Assembly: GCA_016794255.1 (NCBI GenBank)
Contig: JAEUIL010000073.1
Coordinates: forward strand, 1 to 38,142
Reading direction: 5' to 3'
DNA: 38,142 nt
Source of the DNA: Planctomycetaceae bacterium
GTDB lineage: Bacteria > Planctomycetota > Planctomycetia > Pirellulales > PNKZ01
The notes below the pieces were generated by a model. It was given only the letters and a program-made list of their open reading frames with translations, was not told the DNA's origin and ran no database searches. Both the position numbers and the translations under genes were made by a program. The first letter of the stretch is position 1. The number at the start of each line of letters is the position of its first letter. Of this stretch, positions 25,509 to 33,777 are shown one piece after another.

Positions 25509-25592
25509 CGGCGCGGACTCTGTACCCCGGAAGATTGGATCTACCGCCGATTATACGCCACCGCCGTGCCAGCGTCTTGCTCAGTCAACGGA

Positions 25593-26474
25593 CTATTTCG
25601 CAAGCAGTTGCTTGTGAACTCGCGCCACATCGGCCATGTAGTGCCCGATCGGGTATTTGTCCGCTGCCAGAGCGATGTGCTCCCGGGCCTTGGCGAGCTT
25701 GCCCGTGGCGTCGTAGTACAGCCCTAGATAAAGATGGGCGTAGAACCGCCGTTTATACAACTCGTCGGCCGAGGGCTCGCCAGCCTCGACGGCTTTGAGC
25801 ACGTCGTCGACCGTCAGCTTGCCCGCGAACAGGTCGTAGACCTCCATCATCGGCACACGCATGTCGCGTTTGATTTTCAAAATCGAACTACGCGCCTCGT
25901 CGAGTCCCACGCCCCGAGCCATGCACAAAAACCGCCACACGGCATTCTCGACATCATTGTCATCAAACGTCTGATACACCTCGAACTGCTTCCGGCCGCG
26001 GTCGTACTCACCCGCATAGTAGTACGAGATGCCACGCATCCAGTGCTGCCGCTCCAAGTCGGGCGACAACTTGATCGCGGCGTCAAAATCGGCGATCGAC
26101 TCATTAATCCGGGCGAGCTTGAACTGCTCGGCTCCGCGTAGATCGAACAAACGGGCCGACGGGGCCAAGGAAATCGCCTTCGTAAAGTCGTCGACCGCCG
26201 CTTGGGGCTGCTTCATCGCCGCATGCATGCGACCGCGCAGCACGAAGGCTCGCTGATCCTGCGCGTTGGCCGTGATGGCTCGCGAGACCAACTCGATGGC
26301 TTGCGCATGATTGCCCGCGGCAAAGGCATCTTGCGCTTGATTGAGCAAGTCGTCGGCAGCAAACGCCGTCGCGACGCACAATGCAACCAACACTAACCCA
26401 ACGCAGCTCGGCAACCGAACTCGGACCAGCAACATGCGGCAACGCTCCGTGTTGAACCTCATTGATCGCGGCAT
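25593..26474 (-). CDS. secreted tetratricopeptide-repeat protein (NlpI-like)
   Basis: 293 aa. The signal-like 'MLLVRVRLPSCVGLVLVALCVATAFA' suggests the true start may be ATG 26435 (GGAG 11 nt upstream). Repeated TPR-like 34-aa units follow, e.g. 'AQAIELVSRAITANAQDQRAFVLRGRMHAAMKQPQAAVDDFTKAISLAP'. Confidence 0.75.
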   Translation of the reverse strand: MPRSMRFNTERCRMLLVRVRLPSCVGLVLVALCVATAFAADDLLNQAQDAFAAGNHAQAIELVSRAITANAQDQRAFVLRGRMHAAMKQPQAAVDDFTKAISLAPSARLFDLRGAEQFKLARINESIADFDAAIKLSPDLERQHWMRGISYYYAGEYDRGRKQFEVYQTFDDNDVENAVWRFLCMARGVGLDEARSSILKIKRDMRVPMMEVYDLFAGKLTVDDVLKAVEAGEPSADELYKRRFYAHLYLGLYYDATGKLAKAREHIALAADKYPIGHYMADVARVHKQLLAK

Positions 26475-26481
26475 TCGCCCC

Positions 26482-27402
26482 TTAACTGACCGCTAAAAAC
26501 GCTTCGCGCAGTTGATCGATGAACTTCGGGCACTCGGTGGGAGGATCGGTCTTTTCTTCGTATTCCAGCACGATGTAGCCGCGGTAACCCACATCGGCCA
26601 TCATCTTGGCGAACCGTTTGAAGTCGGCCGGTTCCTTCGAGCCACCTTCTTTCGCGATGACGACTTTGATCTGCACGTTCACCGCGTACGGGGCAATCTT
26701 GGCTAGGTCGCCGTATGGATCGGCCGTGTGGAAGTTGCCGGTGTCGACGTTCACGCCGAACCACGGACTCTTCACGTCGTTGACCAACTTGAGCAAGCCC
26801 TCGGCCGTGGCCGTCAAGCCGCCGTGGTTCTCCAAGGCGAGCGTGACACCGTGTTTGCCCGCGTATTCGCAGCACTCTTCCATCCCCTCGACCGCTAACT
26901 GATGAGCCTCGGCCTCGGTTTGATCTTTGCCTTTGTTGCCCGAGAAGATGCGGATCGTCGGCGCGCCGAGCACATCGGCATGGTCGACCCAACGTTTCAC
27001 GAGCTGGATTTGCTCGTCACGCTTCTCACCCTTGGGCAGACACAAATTGTTGCCGACCGCCGTACCCGAGATGTCGAGCCCCAGGCGGAAACATTGTCCC
27101 TTGATGTCGTTGAGATACGCGGTTGTGACGTCCTTGGGGAAGTAGTAGCTTGTCAGCTCGGTACCTTCGAGGCCGAACTTGGCACAATCGGCGACAAAGT
27201 CCTGGAGCGTGAATTCGCTCTTGGTGAGCAACTCGCGATAGCTGTAGGCCGCGAGACTGAACTTGAACTTCGGCTTGCCCGGTCGAGCAATCGGCGCGAT
27301 CGCCCGAGCGGTCCCCGGCAGTGCCGCACCGGCGGCCAGCGCTCCAGCGGCGAACAATCCAGTGCGGGCCAAAAAGTCACGTCGAGTCGTCGAGTCGGTC
27401 AT
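26482..27402 (-). CDS. Tat-exported sugar-phosphate isomerase/epimerase (xylose-isomerase-like TIM barrel)
   Basis: Start placed at ATG 27402, giving the twin-arginine signal 'MTDSTTRRDFLARTGLFAAGALAAGAALPGTARA'. Body motifs are 'GLEGTELTSYYF', 'LGAPTIRIFSG', 'GVTLALENHGG', 'GYIVLEYEE'. Confidence 0.8.
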   Translation of the reverse strand: MTDSTTRRDFLARTGLFAAGALAAGAALPGTARAIAPIARPGKPKFKFSLAAYSYRELLTKSEFTLQDFVADCAKFGLEGTELTSYYFPKDVTTAYLNDIKGQCFRLGLDISGTAVGNNLCLPKGEKRDEQIQLVKRWVDHADVLGAPTIRIFSGNKGKDQTEAEAHQLAVEGMEECCEYAGKHGVTLALENHGGLTATAEGLLKLVNDVKSPWFGVNVDTGNFHTADPYGDLAKIAPYAVNVQIKVVIAKEGGSKEPADFKRFAKMMADVGYRGYIVLEYEEKTDPPTECPKFIDQLREAFLAVS

Positions 27403-27522
27403 GGCGGGTACCGTAGGGGCTGCGAAGTTTTGGGGCAAAGCGTGAAGCAGGCCCCAATTGTGGCTCCCGGCGGAACGCGATTCAAGCGGTGGTGGCAAAT
27501 AGGGGCAATACCGCCCCAGCCT

Positions 27523-27598
27523 GTGTGCCATGTCCACGTCTTCGTGGACGTGCGATTCACCGGAGAATCATGGCCACGCAGACGTGGCCATGGCACAC
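27523..27598. repeat. nested palindromic element: two related hairpins bracketed by a 7-10 bp outer inverted repeat
   Basis: The outer arms are GTGTGCCATG (27523-27532) and CATGGCACAC (27589-27598). Hairpin 1 is GTCCACG-TCTT-CGTGGAC (27532-27549). Hairpin 2 is ATGGCCACG-CAGA-CGTGGCCAT (27570-27591). The element lies between two minus-strand genes. Confidence 0.8.
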
Positions 27599-27615
27599 GA
27601 TCTGGTCAATAGAGT

Positions 27616-28047
27616 TCAATAGCCGGCAAATCGTCGGAACTCGGGCTCGTCGAGAAACACGGCCTGCCGCACGAGTTGAGCCATCACCGCTTGGGACGGT
27701 GCACCGAAACACGCGAGCAATTTGTCCCACGCCTCGGGCGGACACTCCCCTTTCAGATCAACATATAGCAGCCGGCCGGCCCGATCGTACAGCGCGCCGT
27801 CGAGTTGCCACGACACCGGCTCACCCTGCGACGAGACCCACACGAACGACCCGTCGGGCTCGATGAACATCCGCGGCAACTGCTCCATCGCCGCGTAAGC
27901 CTCTTCAAAGCTGACCTCGAACGGCGTGGCGATCTGCTCTGGCGGCACGATCAACCGTTGGCATTCGCGACCGTCAATCTGCATTGTCTCGGTCGCCAAC
28001 GTACCGGCCGGCCGCGCGTGCAACGTGATTTGAAATCGATACAACAT
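27616..28047 (-). CDS. hypothetical protein (143 aa, no recognisable domain)
   Basis: Clean ORF with balanced, acidic composition and ATG start. The overlapping plus-strand ORFs are Arg/Pro/Thr-rich shadow. No motif recognised. Confidence 0.5.
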   Translation of the reverse strand: MLYRFQITLHARPAGTLATETMQIDGRECQRLIVPPEQIATPFEVSFEEAYAAMEQLPRMFIEPDGSFVWVSSQGEPVSWQLDGALYDRAGRLLYVDLKGECPPEAWDKLLACFGAPSQAVMAQLVRQAVFLDEPEFRRFAGY

Positions 28048-28172
28048 CGGTCGCTTCCCACAGACATTTCTCGGCCCGCCTGATCGTAACCGTAAAACGA
28101 TCCGTTACAATATCCATCGCTCCGACCTGCCGCTGTCCACGTATCTCATTTCACTCGCCACTTGGACCGCCC

Positions 28173-29504
28173 ATGTCCACTCGCGTTCCCCGTTCCAACG
28201 AACGATATCGTCGCGCGCTCGAATTGATTCCCGGCGGCACACAGTTGGTCAGCCGACGACCGACGCGTTACGCCAATGGCGTGTCGCCGATTTTCGCGGC
28301 GCGGGGCAAAGGGGCTCGCATCTGGGACATCGACGGCAACGAGTATATCGATTGGGTCAGTGGCATCGCGGCGATCATTCTCGGCTATTGCGACCCGGTG
28401 GTCGACGAAGCGGTGCGCGAGCAAATGTCGCACGGCACGATGTTCTCGATCAATCACGAACTCGAAATCGAGTTGGCCGAGGAGCTCGTGCAGACGATCC
28501 CGTCGGCCGAGATGGTCCGCTATGCCAAATGTGGCGGCGAGGCGTGTGCCATGGCGGTGCGGATCGCCAGAGGTGCGACGGGCCGAGACAAAATTCTGTT
28601 CTGTGGTTATCACGGTTGGCATGACTGGTATCTGGCAGCCAATCTCGCGGCCGACGCCAATCTCAACGCTCACCTATTCCCCGGCATCGAGCCGATCGGC
28701 GTGCCGCGTGCGCTTGCTGGGACTGCGCTGCCGTTTCCGTTCGGCGATCTGGCGGCGCTTGGTAATCTGCTCGACGAGCACCGGGGCGAAGTGGCTGCGG
28801 TGATCATGGAGCCGATGCGATCCGAAGAGCCGCCGCCGGGCTATCTGGCCGGAGTCGCCGCCTTGTGCCGCGAGCGTAGCGTGGCGTTGATCTTTGATGA
28901 AGTGTCGTCGGGTTGGCGGATCCATCTCGGCGGCGTGCAGGCTCACACGGGCGTGACCCCCGACATGACCGTGCTGGCGAAAGCGATCTCGAACGGCTAC
29001 CCGATGGGTGCGGTCGTGGGTCGCCGCTGGGTCATGGAACCCGCGGGACAGATGTTCATTTCGAGTACTTATTGGAGCGACACCATCGGCCTACGAGCGG
29101 CCCTGACCACGATCCGCGAGCTGCGGCGGCGTAACGTCTCGGCCCAACTGCATCAATTCGGAGCTGAGTTGCAACGTCGCCTGAACGCCGCGGCCACCGC
29201 CACGGGGTTGAACGTTCGTTGCGGCGGGGTTGCGATTCACCCGGGCCTCCAGTTCGGCACGAGCGACGCCGCGCTCAAGAGCAAGCTCACCACGCTCTAC
29301 ATTCAGGAAATGGCCAAACGCGGCTGTCATGGTTATGCGTCGTTCTATCTGAACGCCGCTCAGGGCTCTGCCGAACTTGAGCAAACGGTCGCCGCCGCTC
29401 ACGAAGTGTTCGCGCTCATGCAGCAGGGAATCGAGACCGGCACGCTCGACTCGTTGCTGGAATGCGATCTGACGCAGGATGCGTTTCGGAGATTGGTGCG
29501 GTAG
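28173..29504 (+). CDS. class III PLP-dependent aminotransferase (glutamate-1-semialdehyde aminomutase-like paralog)
   Basis: 443 aa. 'IPGGTQLVSRRP', 'DIDGNEYIDWVSG', 'GGEACAMAVRIARGATGRDKILFCGYHGWHDW', 'LIFDEVSSGWR', PLP-lysine context 'PDMTVLAKAISNGYPMGAV'. It deviates from canonical HemL around the active-site loop, so no gene symbol is given. Confidence 0.85.
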   Translation: MSTRVPRSNERYRRALELIPGGTQLVSRRPTRYANGVSPIFAARGKGARIWDIDGNEYIDWVSGIAAIILGYCDPVVDEAVREQMSHGTMFSINHELEIELAEELVQTIPSAEMVRYAKCGGEACAMAVRIARGATGRDKILFCGYHGWHDWYLAANLAADANLNAHLFPGIEPIGVPRALAGTALPFPFGDLAALGNLLDEHRGEVAAVIMEPMRSEEPPPGYLAGVAALCRERSVALIFDEVSSGWRIHLGGVQAHTGVTPDMTVLAKAISNGYPMGAVVGRRWVMEPAGQMFISSTYWSDTIGLRAALTTIRELRRRNVSAQLHQFGAELQRRLNAAATATGLNVRCGGVAIHPGLQFGTSDAALKSKLTTLYIQEMAKRGCHGYASFYLNAAQGSAELEQTVAAAHEVFALMQQGIETGTLDSLLECDLTQDAFRRLVR

Positions 29505-29647
29505 GGGAGGTAGGGTGAGTAGGAGACTCGCGAAACCGCAAGCGAGCTACAAGTGTCAAGCGACTATCGGGACTCTTTCAACTAAGCACCAAGAACAAAG
29601 CACCACTTACTCACCTACTCACCTGCCTCCCACTTGTCTTACTCCCC
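29504..29647 (+). other. structured purine/pyrimidine leader element between the aminotransferase stop and the Nramp gene
   Basis: Purine-rich 29505-29523 (GGGAGGTAGGGTGAGTAGG) can form 18 bp (one G-T pair, one bulge) with 29614-29631. The pyrimidine target (C)TTACTC(A)CC is present three times (29606-29615, 29616-23, 29638-47), giving alternative registers. A local hairpin lies at 29527-29546. Confidence 0.35.
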
Positions 29648-29734
29648 TGAAATAATCCGGGGGCGCTGCTTTACATCCGCCGCGCCGCGGGGTGTAATCG
29701 CTCGTTCTATCTCGCACGCCTCCGGATTCTTGCT

Positions 29735-31183
29735 ATGAGCGACGCCCCCAACTACGACCCCTACGCGATCACCGCCGATGGGATCATCGAGCCGCCACAG
29801 AGTTTGTGGCAAGCCCTGCGTAAGATCGGCCCGGGGATCATCTTGGCGGGCAGTATCGTCGGCTCGGGCGAACTCATCGCCACCACCGCGCTCGGGGCCG
29901 AGTTCGGCTATTTGCTGCTGTGGCTGATTCTATATAGCTGTGTTATCAAGGTCTTTGTTCAGATCGAACTGGGGCGCAACGCCATCTCGTCAGGCAAGCC
30001 CACGCTGTCGGTGCTCAACGAGTTGCCTGGACTGCGGTTCGGCACCAATTGGCTAGTCTGGTGGTGGTTCTTTATGTTGCTCTGCACGGTCTCGCAATTG
30101 GGCGGCATGACCGGCGCGGTCGGGCAGTCGCTCAACATCGGCTTTCCCGGCGTATCGCAAACCGTGGCGACGACGCTCGACTCGTTCTCGACCGCTTGGG
30201 GCGATGAAGTGCGCGCTCGGCCCGAGTATCCGTGGGCGTTTCTGACCTGCTTCGTGGCGATCATTCTGCTACGCAGTGGCGGCTATCGACGGGTCGAAAC
30301 ATTGACCACGCTATTGGTCGCCAGCGTCACGCTGGTCACGCTTGTCTGTGTCTTGGCACTGCCGCTCACCGATCATGCACCCGACATCGGCGCGATGCTC
30401 ACGGGGTTGATCCCCACGGCGCTGCCGGTCGCGGCCTTGGGAACGGCGCTCGGAGCGTTCGGCATCACCGGCGTCGGTGCGAGCGAGTTGTATTCGTACC
30501 CGTACTGGTGCTTGGAAAAAGGTTACGCCCGCTACACCGGCCCGCACGAGAATACCGAGGCGTGGCTGAAACGGGCTCAAGGCTGGCTACGCGTGCTGTA
30601 TCTCGATGCCTGGTTTAGCATGGTCGTATTCACGATCGCGACCGTGGCCTTTTACATCATGGGGGCCGCGGTGCTCAACCCGCAAAACCTGCATCCCAAA
30701 GGGACTAAGGTCATCGAGGTATTGAGCGAAATGTACGTTGGCCCGTTCGGCAAGTGGACGCAGATCGTGTTTCTCATCGGGGCTGGTCTGACGTTGTTCA
30801 AAACCTTGTATGTCTCCAGCGCGTCGCACAGCCGATTAGTCACGGACTTCTTCAAGCTCAACGGTTGGGTGCAACTCAATCATCCGGCCGACCGACTGCG
30901 GTGGATCAATCGTCTGTGCATCTTTTTTCCGGTGTTCGCACTCGTGTTGTTCATCATCTTTGGCGATCCCAAGGCGATGGTGATCTTCGGCGGCATTGCG
31001 CAGGCGATGACCTTGCCGATCATCTCGGGAGCCGCGATCTTCCTCCGTTATCGCCGCACCGATCCACGACTCGCCCCGCGGTTTCTCTCGGACATTTGTC
31101 TGTGGCTGGCGTTTGTCTCGATCACGGCCGTGGCTTTATACGGCGTGTGGAATCAGGTGAGTAAACTGATGCAGCCCGCATGA
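29735..31183 (+). CDS. Nramp-family divalent metal cation transporter
   Basis: 482 aa with about 11-12 hydrophobic segments. N-terminal 'LRKIGPGIILAGSIVGSGELIATTALGAEFGYLLLW' resembles the Nramp/MntH-related conserved first TM pair. It is a divergent branch rather than classical MntH, so no symbol is given. Confidence 0.8.
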   Translation: MSDAPNYDPYAITADGIIEPPQSLWQALRKIGPGIILAGSIVGSGELIATTALGAEFGYLLLWLILYSCVIKVFVQIELGRNAISSGKPTLSVLNELPGLRFGTNWLVWWWFFMLLCTVSQLGGMTGAVGQSLNIGFPGVSQTVATTLDSFSTAWGDEVRARPEYPWAFLTCFVAIILLRSGGYRRVETLTTLLVASVTLVTLVCVLALPLTDHAPDIGAMLTGLIPTALPVAALGTALGAFGITGVGASELYSYPYWCLEKGYARYTGPHENTEAWLKRAQGWLRVLYLDAWFSMVVFTIATVAFYIMGAAVLNPQNLHPKGTKVIEVLSEMYVGPFGKWTQIVFLIGAGLTLFKTLYVSSASHSRLVTDFFKLNGWVQLNHPADRLRWINRLCIFFPVFALVLFIIFGDPKAMVIFGGIAQAMTLPIISGAAIFLRYRRTDPRLAPRFLSDICLWLAFVSITAVALYGVWNQVSKLMQPA

Positions 31184-31197
31184 TGTGCGTTTAGAAC

Positions 31198-31239
31198 CGA
31201 GTCACGCTCACGCTGCTATCAGCTAGCAAGCGTGGCTCG
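31198..31239 (+). terminator. possible terminator hairpin after the Nramp gene (no U-tract)
   Basis: 11-bp stem CGAGTCACGCT (31198-31208) / AGCGTGGCTCG (31229-31239) with one T-G pair and a 20-nt loop. It begins 15 nt after the stop codon. No T-run follows. Confidence 0.3.
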
Positions 31240-31313
31240 TCTATCAACCGCTTCGCCGCTTCTGGTAAATTGCCTCCCCGCATGGACGCAATCACTGCCC
31301 GGAGATTCTCGGC

Positions 31314-33122
31314 GTGTCGCTACTCTTCAAGGTTTTGTTCGTCAGCGCGTGCAAGAACACGCATCACAAGCTGGTGCTCGACGCGTTGCGCTATCTGCAA
31401 TGTCCCGAGGGGGATAGCTGGCGCAACTTGTTCGTCAAACATCACGTGACGCTGCTCACCGGCTCGAAAGCGCCCGACGATCAATTCAAGGACTTTAAGA
31501 ACCACGTCCTGCACGTGAACGACAACTTCTGGGGCGGCGCGATCAGCGCGGCGAAGCTGTGGTACGGCCGGACCGTCGAGTTGCTGGCAAATCAATCGTG
31601 GCTCGAGGCGATCTACGCGGCGGGCGTGCTCAGTCATTATGTCTCGGACCCGTTCATGCCGTTTCACTCGGGCCAAACCGAGGCCGAGGGCAAGGTGCAT
31701 CGCGCGGCCGAGTGGAGCATCGCGTGCAGTTACAGTGAGTTGCAGCAGATTCTCGAGATGGACCTGGGCGGATATCCGGCGGTGAGTGTCGCCGAGGGGG
31801 ACGATTGGCTGGGCGAGTTGATTCGCGATGGGGCCGTGGCCGGCAATCAGCATTATCAAGTCATCATCGATCACTACAATCTGGCCGCGGGGGTGAAAGA
31901 CCCGCCGGCTGGGCTCGATCAAGAGATCAAGGATCGCGTGGCGAAACAAATCGGCCTGGCCACGGTGAGCATTGCGCGGGTGTTCGATCGTGCGTTTGCC
32001 GATGCTCGGGTCTCTCCGCCCGAGGTGATCGTGACGCTCGAAGGGATTCTCGCCACGCTGCAAGTGCCGATTCACTACGTGACCAAGAAGCTGGCCGACA
32101 TGAAAGAACGGGCGGTCATCGAGTCGATTTATGCCGAGGTGCAACAGATCGGCAAGGCGGTGGCGACATTGCCCGAGGATGAACGGACCGTGCGCAAACT
32201 GCATGCCCAAGAAGTGCTCAAGGTGCCGTTGGCGGAGCTCGATGCGCAGAAGCCGGCTCCGACCGGTACCGAGCATGGCAAAGGGGCCGGTGCTCGCTGG
32301 CGGCTGCCCCTGCCGGTCGTGTGGGAGTCGGGCAACGCGATGAGCAGTCTACTCTCGCCGAAAAAGCTGTTGGCCAAATGGCCGAAGAAGGCGACGCTCG
32401 ACGCGGTCTCGACGGTCACGCCGGAACCCGCCGCCAAGTCGCAATCGACGATCCCACCCGCGGCTGCAACCCCGCCAGTGCCGAAGTCTCCGCCGCCCGC
32501 CAAGCAGCCGCCGCCCCCGGCTCCGCGTGCGGTCGATACTCCCGCGCCACCGCCGCCGGTCACGCCCAACTACTCGGCCCGGGTCGATCAAGCGACGAGC
32601 GCCGTTCCGCCACCGCCGAAACGCGCGGAACCGGTTGCACCGCGCGTCGAGGCTGAAGCGGGCGATGACAACGGCGCGGTGAATCAACGGTTCTATCTCG
32701 AACGCGACAGCCACGTGGTCGACGCACCGTCGATTGGTCACAAGATGGCCAAGCGGTTCGAGTCGATGGGGATCAACACCGTGAACGATCTCCTCGAGGC
32801 GAGCGCCGATGTGGTGGCGAAGAAACTGAATCTGAACCACGTCGACGCCCGGAAGATTCGCGAGTGGCAGGCACAAGCGGCCTTGGTCTGTCGCATACCC
32901 GGTTTGCGCGGGCATGACGCACAGATCTTGGTCGGCGTCGGCATCAACGAGCCCGAGGAACTTGCCGCGCTCAAGGGGCGTGATCTGCTGGCGCAGGTCG
33001 AGCCGTTCTGCGAAAGCTCCGAAGGGGAACGCATTCTCCGCGGCGGTGCGAAGCCGGACCTAAAAGAAGTGATGGACTGGATTCGTTCGGCCCGCCACGC
33101 ACGTTCGCTGCAAGAGGCATAA
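31314..33122 (+). CDS. two-domain protein: N-terminal zinc-phospholipase-C / S1-P1-nuclease-like helical domain, Pro-rich linker, C-terminal DUF4332-like helix-hairpin-helix domain
   Basis: 602 aa from a GTG start. 'NTHHKLVLDAL...' and 'LSHYVSDPFMPFHS' resemble the His/Asp ligand helices of the PLC/P1-nuclease fold. The linker is 'PPAAATPPVPKSPPPAKQPPPPAP...PPPPVTP'. The C-terminus 'VVDAPSIGHKMAKRFESMGINTVNDLL...IPGLRGHDAQILVGVGINEPEELA' is DUF4332-like. Domain names are from memory. Confidence 0.55.
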   Translation: MSLLFKVLFVSACKNTHHKLVLDALRYLQCPEGDSWRNLFVKHHVTLLTGSKAPDDQFKDFKNHVLHVNDNFWGGAISAAKLWYGRTVELLANQSWLEAIYAAGVLSHYVSDPFMPFHSGQTEAEGKVHRAAEWSIACSYSELQQILEMDLGGYPAVSVAEGDDWLGELIRDGAVAGNQHYQVIIDHYNLAAGVKDPPAGLDQEIKDRVAKQIGLATVSIARVFDRAFADARVSPPEVIVTLEGILATLQVPIHYVTKKLADMKERAVIESIYAEVQQIGKAVATLPEDERTVRKLHAQEVLKVPLAELDAQKPAPTGTEHGKGAGARWRLPLPVVWESGNAMSSLLSPKKLLAKWPKKATLDAVSTVTPEPAAKSQSTIPPAAATPPVPKSPPPAKQPPPPAPRAVDTPAPPPPVTPNYSARVDQATSAVPPPPKRAEPVAPRVEAEAGDDNGAVNQRFYLERDSHVVDAPSIGHKMAKRFESMGINTVNDLLEASADVVAKKLNLNHVDARKIREWQAQAALVCRIPGLRGHDAQILVGVGINEPEELAALKGRDLLAQVEPFCESSEGERILRGGAKPDLKEVMDWIRSARHARSLQEA

Positions 33123-33237
33123 ATCGCCGCAGAGTTCGCAATTCTCGCCGATCTGTCTTCGGTAGGACGGGTCTCCAGTCCCACGAAAGATACCGCCTCA
33201 ATGACGGATCAGGAGCGAGTCGTCGCCCGTCACCCTG

Positions 33238-33265
33238 CTGACAGCCGCCTCGAACTGGTTACAAT
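33238..33265 (+). promoter_or_regulatory. candidate sigma70-like promoter for aroH
   Basis: CTGACA (33238-33243), 16-nt spacer, TACAAT (33260-33265), located 38 nt upstream of the ATG. Planctomycete promoter rules are poorly defined, so this is only a pattern match. Confidence 0.3.
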
Positions 33266-33303
33266 GAGAGCCGAGTTTTATCCCGGCCGGTTCGAGGTTT
33301 GCT

Positions 33304-33750
33304 ATGACGGTTTGCCGCGGCGTGCGAGGCGCCACTACCGCTGACGACAACACGAAAGACGACATCCTCCGCGCGACGCGACAGTTGCTCGCGCTCATGA
33401 TTCGTCAGAACGGCATCGAGACCGGCGACGTTGCCAGCGCGATCTTTACGACCACGCCGGACTTGAACGCCGAGTTTCCCGCCCTCGCGGCTCGGCAGAT
33501 GGGCTGGCTCGATGTGCCGCTCTTGTGCACGCACGAGATCAGCGTCCCGGGCTCGCTCGGCAAGTGCATCCGCATCTTGCTGCATTGGAACACGGACAAG
33601 AAACCGGCCGACATCGCCCACGTGTATGTCAAAGGGGCGATGCGACTGCGACCCGACCTCTCGAATCTGCCGCCGGTTGATTGGGACGAACTCGAGCACT
33701 GGATCAAGCACGAGCTCGATCGAGCCGAAGCTGCGAAGCGCAAGCCGTAG
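33304..33750 (+). CDS. aroH: AroH-type (monofunctional, trimeric) chorismate mutase with a ~25-aa C-terminal extension
   Basis: '[19 protein letters not shown]', '[20 protein letters not shown]', '[28 protein letters not shown]' and '[14 protein letters not shown]' align along the whole length with Bacillus AroH as I remember it. Confidence 0.85.
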   Translation: MTVCRGVRGATTADDNTKDDILRATRQLLALMIRQNGIETGDVASAIFTTTPDLNAEFPALAARQMGWLDVPLLCTHEISVPGSLGKCIRILLHWNTDKKPADIAHVYVKGAMRLRPDLSNLPPVDWDELEHWIKHELDRAEAAKRKP

Positions 33751-33777
33751 TCGTGCGACTCGGACTTCTTGCGAGTC

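Noticed and set aside
22696-28047. The six-gene co-directional minus-strand run (hypothetical, TIM barrel, TPR, Uma2, nadK, secreted protein) as a candidate novel defence or NAD-related system.
   Set aside because: The components are individually ordinary. nadK has full housekeeping motifs. There are no ATPase, nuclease-effector, TIR or SIR2 type partners. Spacing and an intervening hairpin element suggest several transcription units. There is no positive evidence for a functional system.
29504-29580. yybP-ykoY (Mn2+) riboswitch upstream of the Nramp gene, prompted by GGGGAG...GAGUAG at the 5' end and GUGUCAAG downstream.
   Set aside because: The resemblance is only partial. I cannot find the second conserved half (the ...GAGAGACC-type strand and four-helix layout) as I remember it. 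That class normally switches on exporters, not Nramp importers. I keep it only as an unclassified structured leader.
33751-33777. Bidirectional terminator in the 27-nt gap between the convergent aroH and HMA genes.
   Set aside because: Only 5-6 bp alternative stems are present (GACTCG/CGAGTC or GGACT/AGTCC), with no U-tracts. This is too weak to call.
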